DNA of 64,000 nucleotides, from assembly GCA_002269645.1 (NCBI GenBank), contig NIVC01001532.1:1-64000 (forward strand), read 5' to 3'. Below, piece by piece: positions 1 to 9,632 of this stretch. The translations under genes were made by a program, and so were the position numbers. The stretch is from Macrostomum lignano. Its lineage: Eukaryota. Within the stretch, counting starts at the first letter, position 1. The number at the start of each line of letters is the position of its first letter. Below the pieces are notes generated by a model that was not told the DNA's origin, did no database searches, and was given only the letters and a program-made list of their open reading frames with translations.

Positions 1-1990
1 GAGTGGGATTTTGGAAGAAACAGTGGATTTGGGAAAAGAGACTGGGGTTTCGGGAGAGGGAGTAGGATTTTGGACGGAGGTCTGGGAATTTGGAGAAGAA
101 AGAGTGAAAGACAGTGGGATTCAGGGAAAAGAGACAGTGGGATTTAAGGCAGAGGTACTGGGATTCGGAGAAGAGGGAGAGAATATAGGGAAGATTGAGT
201 TGGATTTGGGGAAGAGTGGGTGGGATTTGGAGGTAGAGGGAGTAGGATTCGGGGAAGATTGAGTTGGATTTGGGGAAGAGGGGGTGGGATTAGAGGTAGA
301 GGGAGTGGGATTCGGGGAAGAGGAACTGGGATTTGGAGGAAGAGGGACTGGGATTCGGGGAAGAGGAACTGGGATTTGGAGGAAGAGGGACTGGGATTCG
401 GGGAATAGGGACTGTGATTTGGAGGAAGAGGGAGTGGGATTCGGGGAAGAGGGAGTGGGATTCGGGGAAGAGGGAGTGGGATTCGGGGAATAGGGACTGG
501 GATTTGGAGGAAGAGGGAGTGGGATTCGGGGAAGAGGGATGGGATTCGGGAAGAGGGAGTGGGATTCGGGGAAGATTGAGTTGGATTTGGGGAAGAGGGA
601 GTGGGATTTGGGAAAGAGGAAATCGGATTTGTGGAAGACAGGGAAGAGGGACTGGGATTCGGGGAAGAGGACTGGGATTTGGAGGAAGAGGGACTGGGAT
701 TGGGGAATAGGGACTGGGATTTGGAGGAAGAGGGACTGGGATTCGGGGAATAGGGACTGGGATTTGGAGGAAGAGGGAGTGGGATTTGGAGGAAGAGGGA
801 GTGGGATTTGGAGGAAGAGGGACTGGGATTCGGGGAAGAGGGAGTGGGATTTGGAGGAAGAGGGACTGGGATTCGGGAAGAGGGAGTGGGATTTGGAGGA
901 AGAGGGACTGGGATTCGGGGAAGAGGGAGTGGGATTCGGGGAAGAGGGAGTGGGATTCGGGGAAGAGGGAGTGGGATTCGGGAAGAGGGAGTGGGATTCG
1001 GGGAAGATTGAGTTGGATTTGGGGAAGAGGGAGTGGGATTTGGGAAAGAGGAAATCGGATTTTGGAAGACAGGGAAGAGGGACTGGGATTCGGGGAAGAG
1101 GGACTGGGATTTGGAGGAAGAGGGACTGGGATTCGGGGAATAGGGACTGGGATTTGGAGGAAGAGGGACTGGGATTCGGGAATAGGGACTGGGATTTGGA
1201 GGAAGAGGGAGTGGGATTTGGAGGAAGAGGGAGTGGGATTTGGAGGAAGAGGGACTGGGATTCGGGAAGAGGGAGTGGGATTTGGAGGAAGAGGGACTGG
1301 GATTCGGGAAGAGGGAGTGGGATTTGGAGGAAGAGGGACTGGGATTCGGGGAAGAGGGAGTGGGATTCGGGGAAGAGGGAGTGGGATTCGGGAAGAGGGA
1401 GTGGGATTCGGGAAGAGGGAGTGGGATTCGGGGAAGATTGAGTTGGATTTGGGGAAGAGGGAGTGGGATTTGGGAAAGAGGAAATCGGATTTGTGGAAGA
1501 CAGGGAAGAGGGACTGGGATTCGGGGAAGAGGGACTGGGATTTGGAGGAAGAGGGACTGGGATTCGGGAATAGGGACTGGGATTTGGAGGAAGAGGGACT
1601 GGGATTCGGGGAATAGGGACTGGGATTTGAGGAAGAGGGAGTGGGATTTGGAGGAAGAGGGACTGGGATTCGGGGAAGAGGGAGTGGGATTTGGAGGAAG
1701 AGGGACTGGGATTCGGGGAAGAGGGAGTGGGATTTGGAGGAAGAGGGACTGGGATTCAGGGAAGAGGGAGTGGGATTTGGAGGAAGAGGGACTGGGATTG
1801 GAGAAGAGGGAGTGGGATTTGGAGGAAGAGGGACTGGGATTGGAGAAGAGGGACTGGGAGTTAAGGAAGAGCGACTGGGATTCGCGGGAAGATGGAGTTG
1901 GATTAAGGGAAGAGGGAGTGGGAAGAGAGGATGAGGGACTGGGATTTGGCAAAGTGATTGTGGGATTTGGGAAAGAGGAAATCGGATTTG
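1..1990. repeat. G-rich ~21-nt minisatellite (GGGATT[C/T]GG..GAAGAGGGA[G/C]T) in an RNF123 intron
   Basis: Direct inspection; source of the spurious ORFs at 11-2016. Confidence 0.95.
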
Positions 1991-2126
1991 TGGAAGACAA
2001 ATTAAGATTTCGATAAAATGGGATTTCGAGAAGAGGGACTGGTGTTTAGTCGCAATAAACTGTCAGTTTGTTAAACTTTTGTCTTGGAAACATGAGTTCA
2101 AATAATAGAAAAAAACATGCACAGAC

Positions 2127-2253
2127 AAACATGATGAGAATTGTCTCGTTCGTTTGAACGCTGTCCAATACAGTGCAAAATTTGATTTTTATTTATTAAA
2201 TTTTGCTAACGTCTTGGAATGGCTATTGATATCAAAGCGTATACTCTGATTTG
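2127..2253 (+). ncRNA. Candidate intronic box C/D snoRNA, copy 1 (18S rRNA guide)
   Basis: C box ATGATGA 2131-2137; guide GTCTCGTTCGT 2143-2153 antisense to the universal 18S segment ACGAACGAGAC; D' TTGA 2154-2157; D box CTGA 2246-2249; terminal CAAA/TTTG stem; about 115 nt upstream of the 3' splice site. Confidence 0.72.
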
Positions 2254-2365
2254 GAATTGATTTGTTGTTAAGATATCTCTAATCCATTAATCCAAAAATA
2301 GAGCACTTCATAAACTGTTTAACTGATCACAGTTTTTGTTTATCATTTTTTTCACATCTAAACAG

Positions 2366-5300
2366 CCCTGGCTACCTCACGACGTCATCACTTGCTGCAT
2401 CGACTGCGACGAAGGCGTCGTGTCGTTCTATCGCAACGGACGCAGCCTGGGCGTTGCTTTCGATAATGTTCGTCTGGGTCCCGGCGTCGCGTACTTTCCA
2501 GCTTTGAGCGTAGCTCGAGGCCAGGCAGCGTTTCTGAATTTTGGCGACGTGCCTTTTGCGTAAGTTTCTTGTTGCAAAATGTCTTAGATCTGGTTCTACT
2601 GTTAGTAGGTTTTATCGAGGTTCAGTTTTAGGGTGTTAAACTAACAGAAATCTACGTATCATCTTGCTACTATTATCGGCTACTATGAATATTATAGGTT
2701 GAGTATCGGGTATTTAATTACCAGCGATCTAATCATCTTACTACTAACAGTAGATTAAGTATCGGGTATTTAATTACCAGCAATCTAATCTTCTCACTAC
2801 TAACAGTAGATTGAGTTATCGGGTATTTAATCACCAGAAATCTAATCTTCTTACTACTAACAGTAGTTTGAGTATCGGGTATTTAATTACCAGCAATCTA
2901 ATCATCTTACTACTAACAGTAGATTGAGTTATCGGGTATTTAATCACCAGCAATCTAATCTTCTTACTACTAACAGTAGTTTGAGTATCGGGTATTTAAT
3001 CACCAGCAATCTAATCTTCTTACTACTAACAGTAGTTTGAGTATCGGGTATTTAATTACCAGCAATCTAATCTTCTTACTACTAACAGTAGTTTGAGTAT
3101 CGGGTATTTAATCACCAGCAATCTAATCTTCTTACTACTAACAGTAGTTTGAGTATCGGGTATTTAATCACCAGCAATTTATCATCCTGCTACTAACAGT
3201 AGGTTAGCATAGAGTTTTAACTCTATAAAAACTTTACTATTTTTGTCTACTGCAGCTACCCGATTCCGGAGGATTATCAACCGTTGCAAGCGCCGCCGCT
3301 ACGTTTAGAAACTCGCCTAGTGCCTGTGCTGTCGCATTTAGAGCGGCTGATACCGTTAGCCGCAGACACACGCAACGATGCCTCGGCTGCTACTAAGGTT
3401 ACTGGAGCCAGTTTACAAGAACCTGTTCAACCAGCTGCGCCAATGCACAGCGGCAATACTGGTTCCGCATCAAATGTCGCGTCAGCTGTGTGTTTCGTCT
3501 GTTGCTACCACCGCCTCGTCATCAGCTACTACTAGAAGTAGAGATTCAACTTGCTGGTTGATTGCTTCGCATTTGGTGCCACTTATCGAACAGGGATTGG
3601 TAAGAATTAGTACCAATATTTTCTCTTTTTGTAAAGCTTCTAGATAAAGCTATGAGATCTAGATAAAGCCTCTAGTCTTTTAACCAATCCGCCACTGAGA
3701 GAGTCTCGCCCTACTAATCCGCCCCTGAGAGAATCTCGCCCTACTAATCCGCTCATGAGAGAATCTCGCCTATTAATCCGCTCATGAGAGAATCTCGCCC
3801 TATTAATCCGCTCATGAGAGAATCTCGCCCTACTAATCCGCCCCTGAGAGAATCTCGCCCTATTAATCCGCCCCTGAGAGAATCTCGCCCTACTAATCCA
3901 CTCATGAGAGAATCTCGCCCTACTAATCCGTTCATGAGAGAATCTCGCCCTACTAATCCGCCACTGAGAGAGTCTCGCCCTATTAATCCGCTCATGAGAG
4001 AATCTCGCCCGACTAATCCGCTCATGAGAGAATCTCGCCCTACTAATCCGCCACTGAGAGAGTTTCGCCCTACTAATCCGCTCATGAGAGAATCTCGCCC
4101 TACTAATCCGCCCCTGAGAGAGTCTCGGCCCACTAATCCGCCCTGAGAGAGTCTCGCCCTACTAATCCGCCCCTGAGAGAATCTCGCCCTACTAATCCGC
4201 TCATGAGAGAGTCTCGCCCTACTAATCCGCCCCTGAGAGAGTCTCGCCCTACTAATCCGCCACTGAGAGAATCTCGCCCTATTAATCCGCTCATGAGAGA
4301 ATCTCGCCCTACTAATCTGCTCCTGGGAGAACCACTAATCCGACCCTAATGAACCCCTATGAATCCGATTCATAAAGCCTACATGATGAGAATTGTCTCG
4401 TTCGTTTGAAGCTTTTTCAAATATTCGTAGAGATATTAATTGTCTCTTTGTTTATTCGGATTAGCTGTTGATATCAAGCAATTATCTCTGAATATGTTTA
4501 TGCACATGTTTATTCATTCACTAATATCTGTTTAAGATTTAATTAGAAAAGTACACCGTGTCCTTTTATAATTGCAGACCTGCGACTACACAGTTGCCAA
4601 ATACATTCTACCGTTGATGGCCAAATTTAGCGATATCGATTGCTTGCCGCAGGCTAGGCAATGCCATTTGGAGGTTATTGTGCAGTACATTTGTACTTTT
4701 CTACAGGTAAGCTTTCGTTTTTAACGTAAGCAAAAAAGGCACTGGCTACTATATATTTTTCCTTCTTCCATTAACTATGAGATTCGTCCCTAAGTTAAAT
4801 ACCTTGAGATTCGTCCTCTAGCCACTATCTACTATGAGATTCGTCTCTTAGCTACTATGATATTCGTCTCTTAGCTACTATGATATTCGTCTCTTAGCTA
4901 CTATGATATTCGTCTCTTAACTAATGAGACTAATGAGATTCGTCCTCTAGCCACTATCTACTATGAGATTCGTCTCTTAGCTACTATGATATTCGTCTCT
5001 TAGCTACTATGAGATTCGTCCTTTAGCGACTATGAGATTCGTCCTCTAGCCGCTATGAGATTCGTCCTCTAGCCACTATGAGATTCGTCCTCTAGCCACT
5101 ATGAGATTCGTCCTCTAGCCACTATGAGATTCGTCCTCTAGCCACTATGAGATTCGTCCTCTAGCCACTATGAGATTCGTTATCTAGCCACTATGAGATT
5201 CGTCCTCTAGCCACTATGAGATTCGTCCTCTACTTTCATTAAATAGGGTATATCTGATACCTGACTCCTTTTATTCACAACGGGCAATATTAACTAGTAT

Positions 5301-8300
5301 TATATACCCATATGCTGTTTATTTCCAGCGGGACTCCTGCCAACGCGCCTTAGCCTCCATCGTGTCGGCCCTATTCGCCACCTGTCACAGCCATCCCAGC
5401 CCAGATTACGCTCATCAGCGCACCTGCCTGACCATCCTATTGGCTATGCTCAGACACGATTGCGCTAGGCGTTATTTAGTCTCCTCTGTACTGTTTGATA
5501 CCGTGGAATTGCCAGTGTTCTGCTTTGTTAATCAATTGCCGGAGTTACTGTTCACTAAGGAGCCGCACATTTTTGTAAGTGTATTGGTTAACTTCCTCTC
5601 CTATCCATCCCACTTCAGTCTATTCGCCTCTATAAACTGATGCGCTCTACCACACTTTCCTACTCTACTCTGTCATATTTTGTCTACTCTATCACACCCT
5701 ACCATAGTCTACCCAACTGTACAACACATTACCCCACTCTATCACACGCGACCTCACTCTACCATGCTCTACCCTAGGTCCATGCTTGGGAGCAACCTAG
5801 GGATTCACCCGGCCGTTTCTATTGGAAACACAGACACGTAGGTCGCTACTGGACTGAATAGTAGTCACGTGACTGCTCTCAGCCAATAGCGACTTACATG
5901 TGTTGCCAATAGAAACGGCCGGGTGATTCCCAATGTTGCGCATGTATACCTAGGTCTCTACCACTTACCATGCTCTACCCGAGTCTAACATCTTACCACA
6001 CCTACCCCACTCTACTACACCCTAACCCACTGTATCACACTATATGCCACTCTACCACACCCTACCTTACTCTACCACAGTTTACCATACTCTGTTAATT
6101 ACCCCACTCTCTATCACAGCAAAACACCCCATATACCCCTATTGCCGCGCAGGAGGACTCGAAACGCGAGAAGTACAGCAACAGTCCGCACGCCACCCCA
6201 GCATAGCCTGGCGCCTCGGCCCCTCAGCCCAATCTCGCCTAGCAGACTATCAGGCCAGCATTAGCAAAGTCGACGATCTTATTCAAGAGATGCTGCGCAC
6301 TTTAATGAATCACACAGACGGTACATTGTCTATATTTGCTGATAGACTGCACGAGTTTGTACGCGACAACATGTCACCGGATACTGTCAGTATGCAGCCT
6401 GCTGTACTGCGCGACTGCTGTCCGCAACACGCTATGCCGGCCTTTTTTCACGCTTTGGTGCGAACTATTCAGTCTAAATGGAATGGCACACCAGAGATGG
6501 CTGTTAGTAGTATTATTAAATATTGCTTTTGTATATCCATTTTGATGGTTTTAGATATTGATTTCTAACTGACATCTACTATAGGTCCAAATCTTATTTT
6601 CCACAAAACAAGATTCGAACCCCAGACCTTCATAGAGATTCAAACCCCGACCTTCATCGAGATTCGAACCCCAGACCTTCATAGAGATTCGAACCCCAGA
6701 CCTTCATACAGATTCGAACCCCAGACCTTCATAGAGATTCGAACCCCAACCTTCATAGAGATTCAAACCCCAGACCTTCATAAAGATTCAAACTCCAACC
6801 TTCATAGAGATTCAAACCCCAACCTTCATAGAGATTCAAACCCCAACCTTAATAGAGATTCAAACCCCAACCTTCATAGAGATTCAAACCCCTGACCTTC
6901 AAAGAGATTCGAACCCCTGACCTTCATAAAGATTTGAACCCTGACATTCATAGAGATTTGAACCCCTGACCTTCATAGAGATTCAAACCCCTGACCTTCT
7001 TAGAGATCCGAACCCCTGACCTTCTTAGAGATCCGAACCCCTGACCTTCATAGAGATTCGAACTCCTGACATTCATAGAGATACGAACCCCAGACCTTCA
7101 TAGAGATTCGAACCCCAGACCTGTATAGAGATTACATTCGAACCCCTGAAGACCATAGTGATTCGATCCCATGAACTTAGTAGACCCTGCGAGACCCTCA
7201 TCTTAAATTACTAAACATTCGAACTTCGAACCACTGTTCTTTACCGAGATTCGAACCTTCTCTCTAATCGCAGCCATTCGAGCAGCAGCCCTACATACCA
7301 GCCGAATATTTCTGCCTAGAAGAGTTGGACTCGTACGATGCCCAACGGCTAGGCGGTTTGCAAGCCTACCTGGCCAAAACTTACAAAGACGAAGTGTCTG
7401 CCGTGCTGCGCTCTTCGGCCACCCTGGCTGAGCAGTATCGGCAGCGGGGCGGCTTCGGCGCCGGCCTGAGCTCGCTGGGGGACTCGGCTGCTAGCAGCGG
7501 GAAACGGCGCTTTGTTGGAGGTCTGGGCGCCCTGCTGACCTTCACTGGCCGGGGCGGAAGCGGCGGCGGCCATAAAGAGGGTAGCTCGCCCACGGCTGAG
7601 CAGCAACAGGTGACTTGCGTCTAATCGTTTTTTATCCTCTAGGAGACTTGCCGCACCTTTCCGGATCAACAGTTGCTGGGCCAGCTCCCCAGATAGTCTA
7701 ATGCTGGCCCACCAGCCTCCCAGATTCTTAGTTTCTGGGCCAGCCTCTCAGACCCCCAGTTGCTGGGCCAGCCTCCCAGAGTGTCAGTTGCTGGGCCAGC
7801 CTTCCAAATCCTCAGTTGCTGGGCCAGCCTTCCAAATCCTCAGTTGCTGGACCAGCCTCCCAGAGTGTCAGTTGCTGGGCCAGCCTCTCAGATCCTCAGT
7901 TGCTGGACCAGCCTCCCAGATCCTCAGTTGCTGGACCAGCCTCCCAGAGTGTCAGTTGCTGGGCCAGCCTCTCAGATCCTCAGTTGCTGGACCAGCCTCC
8001 CAGAGTGTCAGTTGCTGGACCAGCCTCTCAGATCCTCAGTTGCTGGACCAGCCTCCCAGAGTGTCAGTTGCTGGGCCAGCCTCTCAGATCCTCAGTTGCT
8101 GGACCAGCCTCCCAGAGTGTCAGTTGCTGGACCAGCCTCCCAGAGTGTCAGTTACTGGGCCAGCCTCCCAGAGTGTCAGTTGCTGGACCAGCCTCCCAGA
8201 GTGTCAGTTGCTGGGCCAGCCTTCCAAATCCTCAGTTGCTGGGCCAGCCTTCCAAATCCTCAGTTGCTGGACCAGCCTCCCAGAGTGTCAGTTGCTGGGC

Positions 8301-9575
8301 CAGCCTCTCAGATCCTCAGTTGCTGGACCAGCCTCCCAGAGTGTCAGTTGCTGGACCAGCCTCCCAGAGTGTCAGTTGCTGGACCAGCCTCCCAGAGTGT
8401 CAGTTGCTGGGCCAGCCTCTCAGATCCTCAGTTGCTGGACCAGCCTCCCAGAGTGTCAGTTGCTGGACCAGCCTCCCAGAGTGTCAGTTGCTGGACCAGC
8501 CTCCCAGAGTGTCAGTTGCTGGGCCAGCCTCTCAGATCCTCAGTTGCTGGACCAGCCTCCCAGAGTGTCAGTTGCTGGGCCAGCCTCCCAGAGTGTCAGT
8601 TGCTGGACCAGCCTCCCAGATCCTCAGTTGCTAGGCCAGCCTCCCAAAGTGTCAGTTGCTGGGCCAGCCTCCCAGATCCTCAGTTGCTGGGCCAGCCTCC
8701 CAGATCCTCAGTTGCTGGGCCAGCCTCCCAGATCCCCAGTTCCTGATCCAGCCTCCCAGATCCCTATCCCAATCAAACTGAAACCGCTGTAGGCCTCGGC
8801 AACTCCGCCTTCGCCATCGACGCCGGCCCATCCGCAGCAGCCGCTTGGACCAGCAATGCTGGCCGAGTTTGGTTGCCGCCACCTGCTGCCACCCTCCTCC
8901 AGTCCTGCCGGCACTTCAGCTGGCTCGTCGCCAACTGCCACATTCCTAGACGAGCGACAGCAGCTGCTGTTGCAGATGCACTCGCTCAGCAGTCAGCACC
9001 ACCGTCGGCATAGTCGCAGACAGCAGCAGCAACAGCAGCAGCAGCAGCAGCAATTGCAGCAGAGTCTAATTCTGCCCCTAATCCGTCTATTGGACTGCAC
9101 TATAGCTTTATTCTATCTGAGCGTCTACCGCCAGCTAGTGCTGGCTAGCAAGCGGCTGCTAGACTATGCGTCTTATTGCGACGCGCTGGACCAGACTAGA
9201 GCTAATCTGGCCCGCTGTCCGCCGGATCGGCTGGCCGACATCGGGCAGCGGATTGAAGCCGCCGAACGGGTGCTGCGCGATCATCTGATTGGTCGAGAGG
9301 CGGCGCTGGCGCATCTGCTAGCCGGACCATTGTCGCCCGAAATGCGCGCCTCTGTTCGTTGGCTGTGCTCGGTGTTATCCGCGACCTTTGCTAAAGCGGC
9401 TGGAGCTGGCGGAGAGGCGGACAATAATAATTTGTTCCGATTCTTGCCCGAGTATTTTGTTTCCACTGCGGCTAATGCGTTCTACACTCTGAAGGATGTG
9501 TGCGGCCTGCTGGTGCCGTTCCAGACCGCTGAGGGTGAGTCTGTCTGTCTGTCTGTCTATCTATCTGTCTGTCAC

Positions 9576-9632
<57 letters not shown>

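Noticed and set aside
11-2016. Long ORFs (up to 618 aa) on both strands
   Set aside because: Translations of a 21-nt stop-poor minisatellite inside an intron; no domain content.
7701-8792. Three overlapping 270-360 aa ORFs
   Set aside because: A 28-nt unit cycles through the frames, and the flanking RNF123 exons splice in frame without it.
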